From positions 1 through 29,806 of the forward strand of contig JAQBHB010000085.1 of the NCBI GenBank assembly GCA_032128115.1: 29,806 bases of DNA, read 5' to 3'. The DNA comes from Deltaproteobacteria bacterium (lineage in GTDB: Bacteria; Myxococcota_A; UBA9160; SMWR01). The notes under the pieces are model-generated. The model had not been told where the DNA came from and made no database searches. It saw only the letters and a program-made list of their open reading frames with translations. Position 1 is the stretch's first letter. Each line of letters opens with the position of its first letter. Of this stretch, positions 17,115 to 25,710 are shown one piece after another. The position numbers and the translations under genes were made by a program.

Positions 17115-17782
17115 CGACGGCCCGGAAGCTCACGCTGAGCTTCGACAATGGCCCCTCGCCGGATGTGACGCCCGGCGTGCTGGATCTGCTCGCGGAGCGG
17201 GAGATCCGCGCCACGTTCTTCGCGTGCGGCAAGGACATCGCCGATGAGGCCGCCCGTTCGATCCTGCGGCGCGCCAAGCGCGAGGGCCACCGGATCGGCA
17301 ACCACACCTTCAGCCACAGCGTGGAGTTCGGTTCGAATCGAGACCCGGATGCGCCGAATGCAGAGATCGGCCGGACCCAGCGCGCGCTGGGCGAACTGGC
17401 CGACGACGAGCGCTGGTTCCGCCCCTACGGCGGGGGCGGTGTGCTCGGACCGCGCCTGCTCAGCCAGGCCGCCGTCGAATTCCTGTGCCGGGGCGGCTAC
17501 ACGTGTGTGCTCTGGAACAGTGTCCCGCGCGATTGGGAAGACGTGACAGGCTGGCCCGATCGGGCCCTCGCTGATATCTGGAGTCGCGACTGGACCCTGG
17601 TAGTGCTTCACGACGTGCCCACCGGTGCGATGCGGCAGCTGGAGCGCTTCCTGGATCGGGTCGCCGACGAGAGCGTCGAGATCGTGCAGGCGTTTCCCGA
17701 CGCGTGCGTGCCGATCCGGTGCGGCGAGGTGCACGGGCCCCTGGACCATCTGGTCAGCGACGAGGCGCCCGCCCCCTCCTGA
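17111..17782 (+). CDS. Polysaccharide deacetylase (NodB/CE4 family); start probably CTG 17111 rather than GTG 17165
   Basis: Motif 1 (KLTLSFDNGP) lies upstream of the ORF-track start. Downstream motifs ATFF, GHRIGNHTFSH, WFRPYG, VLWN..DW, VVLHD. The start position is inferred. Confidence 0.85.
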   Translation: MTTARKLTLSFDNGPSPDVTPGVLDLLAEREIRATFFACGKDIADEAARSILRRAKREGHRIGNHTFSHSVEFGSNRDPDAPNAEIGRTQRALGELADDERWFRPYGGGGVLGPRLLSQAAVEFLCRGGYTCVLWNSVPRDWEDVTGWPDRALADIWSRDWTLVVLHDVPTGAMRQLERFLDRVADESVEIVQAFPDACVPIRCGEVHGPLDHLVSDEAPAPS

Positions 17783-17794
17783 GCCGCGCCGGGC

Positions 17795-19249
17795 TCACGA
17801 CTTCGAAACCCGCGCCTCGCGCAGGGCCCATCGCCGCACCTTCCCCGCATCGTCGCGCAGGGGCTCGTTGGACCATTCGAACGAGCGCGGGATCTTGAAA
17901 CGCACCAGGTGTTCGGCCAGGTGGGTGCGCAGCTCGTCTTCCGTCACCGGCGGGCTGGCCTCCACGAGGGCGTGAACGAGCTGGCCCAGGTCGTCGTCGG
18001 GTAGACCGATCACGGCGCTCGATCGCACCGAAGGGTGGGCGTCGAGCGCCGCCTCCACCTCGGCCGGATACACGTTGGCTCCGCCGGTCACGATCATGTC
18101 ACTGCGCCGGTCTACCAGGTAGAGGAAGCCGTCCTCGTCCAGGCTTCCCAGATCGCCCAGCGACTCCCAGCCATCGGCGGTGGCGCGCGCGGTGGCGCCC
18201 AGATAGCGGTACGTGGAACCCCGGCCGCCGGGCGGCATCATGAAGACCTCGCCCACGCTGCCGGCAGGAAGCTCGCGTTGATTCTCGTCGAGGATGCGGA
18301 TCTTGCGACCGCCCGTGGCTTTTCCCACGGAGCCCGGGTGCTCTAGCCAGTCGCGGCCGGAGATCACGGTGCCACCGATGCGCTCGGATCCGCCGTAGGC
18401 TTCCCAGATCCGCTCGGGTCCGAGCCAGTCGATCCATGCGCGCTTGAGCCAGGCGGGGCACGCCGCCCCGCTGACCATCACCACCGCCAGCGACGACAGG
18501 TCGGCGCGTTCGCGTTCGGCCTCGGGCAGGCGCCAGATCCGCTGCAGCATGGTGGGCACGAAGTTCACCCATTCGACCCGATGCGCCTGGATCAACGCCA
18601 GGGCCCCGGCGGCGTCGAAGCGCGTCATGAGCACCACCCGACCGCCACGCAGCAGCGCCTGCCGGGCGTTGATGAAGGGGCCCGTGTGGTACAGGGGCCC
18701 CGGCACCAGGATCGCGGCTTCCGGGGCCAGTCCGTAGTGCGCTTCCTCGGGGTCGCACTCCGCCGGCAGGGCATCGACGATGAGCTTCGGACGCCCGGTA
18801 CTGCCTCCCGAAGCGATGGCATGACAATGGGGCGACACGACATCGGGAAGCGGGCCGTCGGAGAGATCCGGATCTGCCTCGAAGTCGACTGGAAGAGAGC
18901 GCACGTCCACGTGCGCCCCGGGTTCCACCCCGACCAGAAGCGCCGGCTTCGCCAACGCCAGCAACGACCCGCGCTCACGCGCGGGCAGCTGCGACGACAG
19001 GGGCTGGGGCACCGCGCCAAGCTTCCAGGCGGCGAAGGCGGCCTCGAAGAACCCGATCGAGTTGGGGAGCGCGATCGAGATGAAGTCGCCCTGCCCCACG
19101 CCGAGTCCGGCCCAGGCCCTGGCCAGCCGGCTCGAGCGCCGGTCCAGCTCGGCGCGGGTGACCGCCCGGTCGCCGCAGACGATGGCCACCCGATCCGGGT
19201 CTCGCTCGGCCTGGAGTGCCAGGGCTCGGGGATAGGAAATCACCGGCAT
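17795..19249 (-). CDS. Acyl-CoA synthetase / AMP-binding enzyme (bile acid-CoA ligase-like group)
   Basis: Start reassigned to ATG 19249 (MPVISYPRAL). P-loop SGGSTGRPK, PGPLYH, AYGGSE, LGDLG, DRRSDMIVTGGANVYPAEVE, RDDAGKVRR. 484 aa. Confidence 0.93.
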   Translation of the reverse strand: MPVISYPRALALQAERDPDRVAIVCGDRAVTRAELDRRSSRLARAWAGLGVGQGDFISIALPNSIGFFEAAFAAWKLGAVPQPLSSQLPARERGSLLALAKPALLVGVEPGAHVDVRSLPVDFEADPDLSDGPLPDVVSPHCHAIASGGSTGRPKLIVDALPAECDPEEAHYGLAPEAAILVPGPLYHTGPFINARQALLRGGRVVLMTRFDAAGALALIQAHRVEWVNFVPTMLQRIWRLPEAERERADLSSLAVVMVSGAACPAWLKRAWIDWLGPERIWEAYGGSERIGGTVISGRDWLEHPGSVGKATGGRKIRILDENQRELPAGSVGEVFMMPPGGRGSTYRYLGATARATADGWESLGDLGSLDEDGFLYLVDRRSDMIVTGGANVYPAEVEAALDAHPSVRSSAVIGLPDDDLGQLVHALVEASPPVTEDELRTHLAEHLVRFKIPRSFEWSNEPLRDDAGKVRRWALREARVSKS

Positions 19250-19255
19250 CGGGCG

Positions 19256-19261
19256 AGGATA
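19256..19261 (-). promoter_or_regulatory. Putative -10 element (TATCCT) of a leaderless transcript
   Basis: Minus strand reads TATCCT-cgcccg-ATG (6-nt spacer) with no SD sequence. Confidence 0.55.
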
Positions 19262-19364
19262 GACGTTCAAGATTCCGCTCGGAGCGTTCGATGAACGGGG
19301 TGCAAAGAGACGCTCGCCCCCGGGGGGCAACCGTGTCCTCTCGCCGGTCCTGCGGAGTCGATCG

Positions 19365-20048
19365 ATGGTCTACGCGCTCACATTCATCCTGGCGTTCTGC
19401 AGCATCGTGTACGAGCTGCTGCTGGGTCAGACACTCTCCGCATTCCTGGGCAACACCGTCCTGCGCTACAGCGTGACGATCGGGCTCTACATGCTCGCCA
19501 TGGGCATCGGGGCACTGCTGGCCGAGGGACGGCGGGTCCACGATCCGGTGCCGGCACTGCTGCGGATCGAGGTGGTCCTCACCCTGATGGGCGGCCTCTC
19601 GGTTCCCTTCCTCCACCTCCTGAACGCCGGCGATGCGCCCGCGTGGCTCTTCTCCAGCGCCGCCCACAGCCTGGTAATCGGAATCGGCGTGTTCACCGGC
19701 ATGGAGATTCCAGTGCTGATCGAGATCCAGAAGGCCCACGACCAGGATCCGGAGCATTCGGTGATCGGCATCGATTACATCGGGGCCTTCGCCGGCACCG
19801 TCGTGTTCGCCTTCGTCTTCTATCCCCACGTGGGTCTGCTGGCCACGGCATTTTCCGTGGCGGCGCTCAACGCCGTGGTCGGCCTCGCTCTCATCACCCT
19901 GACGGAGCAGGTGCGCAGCGACCTCCGCTTTCAATTCCACGCCCTGCTCGGCGCCGAGGGCACGCTGTTCGTGCTGCTGATGAGCTGCCTCGGCATCGTG
20001 CGTCACCTCGACGAATTCCTGATCCGGCACTACCTGTCCATTTCCTGA
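19365..20048 (+). CDS. Stand-alone membrane protein homologous to the N-terminal TM domain of membrane-bound spermidine synthases
   Basis: About 7 hydrophobic segments. CSIVYELLLG, YSVTIGLYMLAMGIGA, GVFTGMEIPVL and DYIGAFAG align by eye with the N-terminus of the 20414 protein. No catalytic domain. GGAG RBS. Confidence 0.88.
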   Translation: MVYALTFILAFCSIVYELLLGQTLSAFLGNTVLRYSVTIGLYMLAMGIGALLAEGRRVHDPVPALLRIEVVLTLMGGLSVPFLHLLNAGDAPAWLFSSAAHSLVIGIGVFTGMEIPVLIEIQKAHDQDPEHSVIGIDYIGAFAGTVVFAFVFYPHVGLLATAFSVAALNAVVGLALITLTEQVRSDLRFQFHALLGAEGTLFVLLMSCLGIVRHLDEFLIRHYLSIS

Positions 20049-20058
20049 GGAAACCAGC

Positions 20059-20421
20059 GTGACGTCCAAGCGGACATTCGGAAGGCACTACCTGGTGGAC
20101 CTGCACGATTGCGATCCCGAGAAGATCAAGTACGTGGATCCCGTGCGCATCGCCGCCCTCAAGGCCGGACACGAGTGCCGCGCCACCCTGCTCGGCAACC
20201 AGTTCCACCAATTCGAACCCATGGGCGTGAGCGGCGTGATCCTGATCGCCGAGTCGCACATCAGCCTGCACACGTGGCCCGAGGCGGGCTTCGTGAGTCT
20301 CGACATCTTCACGTGCGGAGAAGAGATGGAACCGGCCATCGCCGTAGATGCCCTGGCGCGCGAGTTCGGCGCGAGCGAGATCCAGATGCAGGTGGTCGAG
20401 CGTGGACGCATCGGTGAGTGA
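20059..20421 (+). CDS. speD: S-adenosylmethionine decarboxylase proenzyme (short class 1B type)
   Basis: GRHYLVDLHDC, FHQFEPMGVSGVILIAE/SHISLHTWPE (pyruvoyl cleavage site), LDIFTCG. GAGGA RBS before GTG. 120 aa. Confidence 0.95.
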   Translation: MTSKRTFGRHYLVDLHDCDPEKIKYVDPVRIAALKAGHECRATLLGNQFHQFEPMGVSGVILIAESHISLHTWPEAGFVSLDIFTCGEEMEPAIAVDALAREFGASEIQMQVVERGRIGE

Positions 20422-22255
20422 CGCCCAGGCGACGCTGGCCTCCCCGCGGCGCGCCGGTCTCTCCGTGGTGTACACGATCACACCGATCGTGGCGCTCTGC
20501 AGCCTCCTCTACGAATTGTTGATCGCCCACACCCTGGCGACCCTCGCCGCCAATACCGTGGTCTGGTACAGCCTGACCATCGGAACCTACATCGGCGCCA
20601 TGGGAATCGGCGCCCTCTGGTACCAGGACTTCTCGTCCCGCGACCGCGGATGGACCCTGCTGTATCAGGTGGAGCTGAGCCTGTGTCTCACGGGGGCGGC
20701 AGCCGTGACCGTGGTGCACCTGGCACACACGCTTCACCTGTACCTGGCCATGCACCAGGCGGGCGGGGCGGCAGTGGCCGTCTTCTTCGGCGCGTCCCTG
20801 TTCGTCGTGAGCCTGGTGGGCGTGCTCACGGGAATCGAGCTCCCATTGCTCATCCAGCTGGGCAACCAGGCTTCGTCCGAGCGACCCGTGGCCAACCGGG
20901 TGCTCGGCCTCGACTACATCGGCTCGCTGGGGGCGGGGATCCTGTTTCCGCTGGCGCTGGTGCGCCACTTCGAGCTGTTCTCGATCGGCTTCGCCACGGC
21001 CGCCGTCAATTGGGCGGTGGCCGCGTGGATCCTGTTGCGAGTCGCGGGATCCGACGCGACCCGGCGCCGGGTGGCCGGGGCCAGCGTCGTCGGAATCACA
21101 CTCGTCTTTGCGTGGGTGAACAGCGACCACATCGAGCAGTACTTCCTCAAGCGCTATTACTACTATTTCGAAAACTCGGCGAAGCTCTCCACGCTGCTGG
21201 GCTCCCTGGCACACCGTCCGCCCGTCGTGCGCGAGAGTTCGCCGTATCAGAAAATCGACCTGGTCCACGACTCGGAGAACTCGCTGACCGATCTGCTCAT
21301 GCCGGCCTACTCCACGAAATTCGCGCTGGAGCCGGATCATCCCCGAGACCGCTACCTGTTCCTGAACGGCGACTTCCAGGTGGCGTCGAACTCGGAAGAG
21401 GTCTACCACGAGTACTTCGCCCACGTTCCGGTGCTGGCCCACGGACGCGTACCCGAGAACGTGCTGGTTCTGGGAGCCGGCGACGGCCTCCTGATCTCTG
21501 AACTCCTCAAATACCCGGACATCCGCCACATCACCCACGTGGATCTGGACCCCAGGCTGATCGAGCTGGCACGCGTGGATCCCGTGTTGACGGCGATGAA
21601 CTCTCACGCTCTCGATGACTCCCGGGTCGACACGCAGCTGGGTGACGCGTTCCATTACGTGCGCACCACGCCTGCGACCTTCGACGCCATCTACATGGAT
21701 TTCCCGTCACCCAAGGATTACAACCTGGCCAAGCTCTACAGCCGCGAATTCTTCCACTTCGTGGGACAGCGTCTGGCGCCGGACGGCTACATCGCACTCG
21801 ACGCAGTCGGCATCGACGATCTCATTCACGAACCGGGTGTGCGCAACGAGGAGTGGGACGCCTACTACCACAGCGTCCTGGCGGCGGGCTTTCGAAGCGT
21901 CGTACCCTACATCTCGACGCTCGAGGACCACAACGAAGCGGCCTATGGAATCATGGAGACCGAGATCGGGTGGTCGCGGGACGTCCCGGCAGATCGGGCA
22001 AGGATGGACGACGCCCTGGTTCGGTACGTGGCATCCCTCCAGCAGGGCTTCATGATGGCCAAGCGCGAACCCGGCTGGCAGCCCAACCGCGAATACTGGG
22101 ACCTGGGGATCCGGCTCCACGTGATCAACGAGGAGCGATTCGGCCTCGCCTTCCCCGAGCTGCGGCTCGCGATGCTCGACGCCCGGAAGATCAATTCGAT
22201 CATGCGCCCGACGCTGCCGGTGCTCGGGATCTCGCACATCCGGACGGCCTGGTAG
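20414..22255 (+). CDS. speE: Membrane-anchored spermidine synthase-like polyamine aminopropyltransferase
   Basis: GTG 20414 overlaps the end of speD. N-terminal TM domain of about 7 segments, then SSPYQKI, LFLNGDFQ, YHEYFAH, VLVLGAGDG, VDLDP, GDAFHYV, DAIYMDFPSP, LYSREFF. The start is approximate. Confidence 0.88.
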   Translation: MSDAQATLASPRRAGLSVVYTITPIVALCSLLYELLIAHTLATLAANTVVWYSLTIGTYIGAMGIGALWYQDFSSRDRGWTLLYQVELSLCLTGAAAVTVVHLAHTLHLYLAMHQAGGAAVAVFFGASLFVVSLVGVLTGIELPLLIQLGNQASSERPVANRVLGLDYIGSLGAGILFPLALVRHFELFSIGFATAAVNWAVAAWILLRVAGSDATRRRVAGASVVGITLVFAWVNSDHIEQYFLKRYYYYFENSAKLSTLLGSLAHRPPVVRESSPYQKIDLVHDSENSLTDLLMPAYSTKFALEPDHPRDRYLFLNGDFQVASNSEEVYHEYFAHVPVLAHGRVPENVLVLGAGDGLLISELLKYPDIRHITHVDLDPRLIELARVDPVLTAMNSHALDDSRVDTQLGDAFHYVRTTPATFDAIYMDFPSPKDYNLAKLYSREFFHFVGQRLAPDGYIALDAVGIDDLIHEPGVRNEEWDAYYHSVLAAGFRSVVPYISTLEDHNEAAYGIMETEIGWSRDVPADRARMDDALVRYVASLQQGFMMAKREPGWQPNREYWDLGIRLHVINEERFGLAFPELRLAMLDARKINSIMRPTLPVLGISHIRTAW

Positions 22256-22261
22256 CTGCGA

Positions 22262-24403
22262 CTACTTCACCACCTGGGCCAGATTGCTGAAGTCGTCGGT
22301 CCAGACCCGCGGCGTGCTGGCAGCATCCGACCAGGGGGTGACCCGCGCGCGAACGGCCGGGTCCTCGAGGAAGGCCTCGTTGTTCGTAACCAGGATCCAG
22401 TCGCTCCAGGTCGCGTAGCCCAGGACGTCTCCGCCATCCTCGATCCGGATCGACCGCATGCTGGCAAGGTTCGCAAGGCCCCGGACCACCGGGCTCAGAT
22501 CCAGATGAATCGCCGAGATGTGCACTGCCAGGATACCGCCGGGCGCCAGGTGTCGGCGATACACGTCGAAGGCTTCGCGGGTGAGAAGGTGCACGGGAAC
22601 GGCGTCTCCCGCGAAGGCATCCAGCACCAGCACGTCGAAGCCCTGGGCCCGGCCCTCCGCCAGCTCGCGTTCCAGGGAGACGCGCGCGTCCCCCAGCACC
22701 ACTTCCTGCCGGGCCGCGGACCGGCTGCGGTAGCCGAACCAGGCGTCCGAGATCTCCCGCATCCCCGGATCGACCTCGTAGAAGCGCAGGCTGTCCTGCG
22801 GACGGCCATAGGCGGCAATCGTGCCGACGCCGAGCCCGACGGCAGCCACGGACAGGCCTTTGGCAGCCTGACCGTCGCGGCCGCTGGAAAACCGGGGGTG
22901 TCGCAGGATCGCCACGGCGACGCCGCTCGAGCGACCGTAGTACGAAGCGGGGATTTCCCGGTGCTTCCCCAGGATCGGTTGCGCACCGTGTTCGATGCGG
23001 CCATGCATGAGGCGCCGCACCGGATGCGGCGTGGCCAGATTCCGGTCGCGAACCGAGAGCACGCCGTAGAAGTTGCGCGCGACTGCCAGTCGCCCGTCAC
23101 TCTGCTCGCGGTAGTCGCGGACCATCCCGAAAACCAGGAGCGAGCCCGCGAGAGCGAGGCCAAGCGGCAGGGCCACGGCCCAGCGGCCCGATGCATTCTC
23201 GCGATCGCGAAGCACCAGACTCGCGAACAGGACGAACGCTGCGACGCACGCCAGGTGGAGCTCCCAGTAGTCGTCGAACAGCAACGGGGCCAGAAGCCCC
23301 ACGAAGATCCCGCCCAGGGCGCCCCCCGCCGATACGATCAGATAGAAGGCGGTCAGATGACGGGGGTGCGGCCGCAGCCGCACCATCTCGCCGTGGCACA
23401 CCATGCACGACGCCAACAGGGCACCGCAGTACACCGCCACCTGCATGCGGATGTCCACGTACTTGCCTTCCAACAGCATCCCGGTCAGGCCTGCCAGCCC
23501 CACCACGAAGAGCGGGCCCCAGATGCGCCGGTCATAGCCGTGCTCATTTCCGAAACAGGCGATGAAGGTCACCAGATACAGCGCCAACGGCAGCACCCAG
23601 AGAAGCGGAATGGGCGCCACGTCCTGGGTGATGCGAGCCGTGGTGGCGATCAGCAGTACCGAGCCGCACGCCGAGAGGGCGAGCCACAGCAGGCGCCGCT
23701 GCCACGAGGGGACCGGAGCGCCGAGCGCTTCGGAGGTGGCCGTGCCCTCGGTCTCCTGCTGCGCGAGGCCCCGGTGAAGACCCCAGGCACACCAGCCGCT
23801 GGCGGCCACGAAGATCGCGAAGCCCGCCGACCAGACCTCGCTCTGGGCCTCGAGTCCCAGCCAGGGCTCCAGCAGGAACGGATAGCTGAGGAGGCCCAGC
23901 AGGGAACCCGCGTTCGAGACCGCGTACAGGCGATACGGGAAGTCGCCGCCGACCTCGCGGTGGAACCAGCGCTGGAGAAGCGGCGCCGTTGCGCACGCGA
24001 GCAGGAGCGGCAGACCCAGGCTCGCGCCCAGGAGCGCCAGGATCCGCAGCGCCGGGAAGCTCGGGTCCGGAGGCTTCCAGGTCGCGTCCGGGGCGATGGG
24101 CAGGAGGGCCACGCAGATGGCCAGCAGGCCGGTGTGGATCCACGCCTGGCGCCGGGGCGGCACGTTCTGGGAGAGCCAGTGGGCATAGGCGTAGCCGCCC
24201 AGCAGCACCATCTGGAAGAAGAGCAGGCAGCTGGTCCACACGGCCGAGCCGCCCCCGAACCAGGGCAGGATGAAGCGGCCCGCCAGCGGCTGCACCTGAA
24301 ACACCAGCAGCGCGCTCACGAACAGGGCGAACCCGTAGCGCACGAGCGCCGGCAGGCGGCTGCGGGCAGCTTCTCCCGGGCGGATTCCGGCGTCGACGTG
24401 CAA
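22262..24403 (-). CDS. Fused multi-TM (MFS-like) / spermidine synthase-like SAM-fold protein
   Basis: FQVQPLAGRFILPWFGGGSAVWTSCLLFFQ, PYRLYAVSNAGSLLGLLSYP, PLLWVLPLALYL, RNFYG, HGAQ, GLGVGTIAAY, GDARVSL, LDAFAGDAVPVHLLTREAF, WTDDFSNL. Start uncertain: TTG 24403 has GGAGG upstream; ATG 24418 and GTG 24343 are alternatives. Confidence 0.88.
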   Translation of the reverse strand: MHVDAGIRPGEAARSRLPALVRYGFALFVSALLVFQVQPLAGRFILPWFGGGSAVWTSCLLFFQMVLLGGYAYAHWLSQNVPPRRQAWIHTGLLAICVALLPIAPDATWKPPDPSFPALRILALLGASLGLPLLLACATAPLLQRWFHREVGGDFPYRLYAVSNAGSLLGLLSYPFLLEPWLGLEAQSEVWSAGFAIFVAASGWCAWGLHRGLAQQETEGTATSEALGAPVPSWQRRLLWLALSACGSVLLIATTARITQDVAPIPLLWVLPLALYLVTFIACFGNEHGYDRRIWGPLFVVGLAGLTGMLLEGKYVDIRMQVAVYCGALLASCMVCHGEMVRLRPHPRHLTAFYLIVSAGGALGGIFVGLLAPLLFDDYWELHLACVAAFVLFASLVLRDRENASGRWAVALPLGLALAGSLLVFGMVRDYREQSDGRLAVARNFYGVLSVRDRNLATPHPVRRLMHGRIEHGAQPILGKHREIPASYYGRSSGVAVAILRHPRFSSGRDGQAAKGLSVAAVGLGVGTIAAYGRPQDSLRFYEVDPGMREISDAWFGYRSRSAARQEVVLGDARVSLERELAEGRAQGFDVLVLDAFAGDAVPVHLLTREAFDVYRRHLAPGGILAVHISAIHLDLSPVVRGLANLASMRSIRIEDGGDVLGYATWSDWILVTNNEAFLEDPAVRARVTPWSDAASTPRVWTDDFSNLAQVVK

Positions 24404-24476
24404 GAGACCTCCCCCCATCTCATCGGCGGAAGCCACCCGGCGGTCAAGCCGCGCCTCCGGCTTGCGCGGGCCCGCG

Positions 24477-24485
24477 TGGTAGTGT
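24477..24485 (+). promoter_or_regulatory. Putative extended -10 element (TGgTAGTGT)
   Basis: TGnTAnnnT 8 nt upstream of ATG 24494 in a short divergent intergenic region. The GGAG present is only 2 nt from the ATG. Confidence 0.45.
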
Positions 24486-24493
24486 CCGGAGCC

Positions 24494-25690
24494 ATGGAAA
24501 CCAGCGGATCCGGCGCCACGAGCGCGGTATTCACCCCGGCGAAACTCGGCCCGGTGGAGCTGCGCAACCGGGTGGTCAAGTGCGGCACCAACGAGGGCAT
24601 GTCGCGCGATGGCCTCGTCACCGACCCGCTGATCGACTGGCACCGGGAGTTCGCGGCCGGCGGCGTGGGCATGACCACGCTGGCCTACTGCTCGGTGGCC
24701 TCGCAGGGTCGCACCTTCGCCCACCAGATCTGGATGCGCGAGGAGGCATTGCCGGGTCTGCGCCGCTTCACCCGGGCCATGCACGACGAGGGCGCGAAGG
24801 TCGCAATCCAGCTGGGCCACGCCGGCTGGTTCGCAAACCCCCGGGCCACCGGCGCGCCGCCCCTGGGCCCCTCGCGCACGTTCAGCCCCCACGCCCAGGC
24901 CTTCGCGCGCGCCATGACCGACCGGGACCTGGATCGTTGCGAACAGGAGTTCGCCAGCGCCGCCGCGCTGGCCGTCGAGGCGGGCTTCGACGCGCTGGAG
25001 GTGCACGCAGGCCACGGCTATCTACTGAGCCAGTTCCTGAGTCCGTACAACAATCGCCGCAAGGATGAGTGGGGCGGCAGCCTCGAGAATCGGGCGCGCT
25101 TTCCGCGCCGGGTGATGAACGCCATGCGCAAGGCGGCGGGCCCGGACGTGGCGGTCTACGCCAAGCTCAACATGGAAGACGGCTTCAAGGGCGGCCTCAG
25201 TCTGGAGGACGGCATCCAGGTGGCGCGCCTGCTGCAAGCGGACGGCTCGGTGGATGCCCTGCAGCTCACGGGGGGGCACACCACCCGCACGCCCATGTTC
25301 CTGATGCGCGGAGAAGTTCCGCTGCGTGAGCTGATCGCCAATGAGAAGAGCTGGGTGCGTCGCCTGGGTATGCGCGTACTGGCCCGCAAGATCCTGACCC
25401 CGTACCCCTTCGAAGAGGCCTTCTTCCTGCCCTCGGCGCGGCGCTTCCGCGAAGCGCTCACGCTTCCACTCATGCTGCTCGGCGGCGTGACCCGGCTCGA
25501 CACCATGGAGCGCGCGCTCCAGGAAGGTTTCGCGTTTCTGGCCGTGGGGCGGGGCTTGATCCGCGATCCAGACCTGGTCCTCCGCATGCAGACCGGCCGG
25601 GCCGAGGGCTCGCGCTGTGTACCCTGCAACCAGTGCGTGATCCAGATGGACCGAGGCGGAACACGCTGCGTGATGCGCGAGAGCGAGTGA
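24494..25690 (+). CDS. NADH:flavin oxidoreductase, Old Yellow Enzyme family
   Basis: Start at ATG 24494 within the 22505 ORF. VFTPAKLGPVELRNRVVK, IQLGHAG, AGFDALEVHAGHGYLLSQFLSP, NRRKDEWGGSLENRARF, C-terminal CVPCNQC...C. 398 aa. Confidence 0.94.
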   Translation: METSGSGATSAVFTPAKLGPVELRNRVVKCGTNEGMSRDGLVTDPLIDWHREFAAGGVGMTTLAYCSVASQGRTFAHQIWMREEALPGLRRFTRAMHDEGAKVAIQLGHAGWFANPRATGAPPLGPSRTFSPHAQAFARAMTDRDLDRCEQEFASAAALAVEAGFDALEVHAGHGYLLSQFLSPYNNRRKDEWGGSLENRARFPRRVMNAMRKAAGPDVAVYAKLNMEDGFKGGLSLEDGIQVARLLQADGSVDALQLTGGHTTRTPMFLMRGEVPLRELIANEKSWVRRLGMRVLARKILTPYPFEEAFFLPSARRFREALTLPLMLLGGVTRLDTMERALQEGFAFLAVGRGLIRDPDLVLRMQTGRAEGSRCVPCNQCVIQMDRGGTRCVMRESE

Positions 25691-25710
25691 CGCAAGCGAC
25701 GGAGGCTGCG

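Noticed and set aside
17138..17155. FDNG instead of FDDG in the deacetylase as a sign of inactivity
   Set aside because: Asp-Asn variants occur in active CE4 enzymes such as B. subtilis PdaA, and the HxxxH and LHD motifs are intact.
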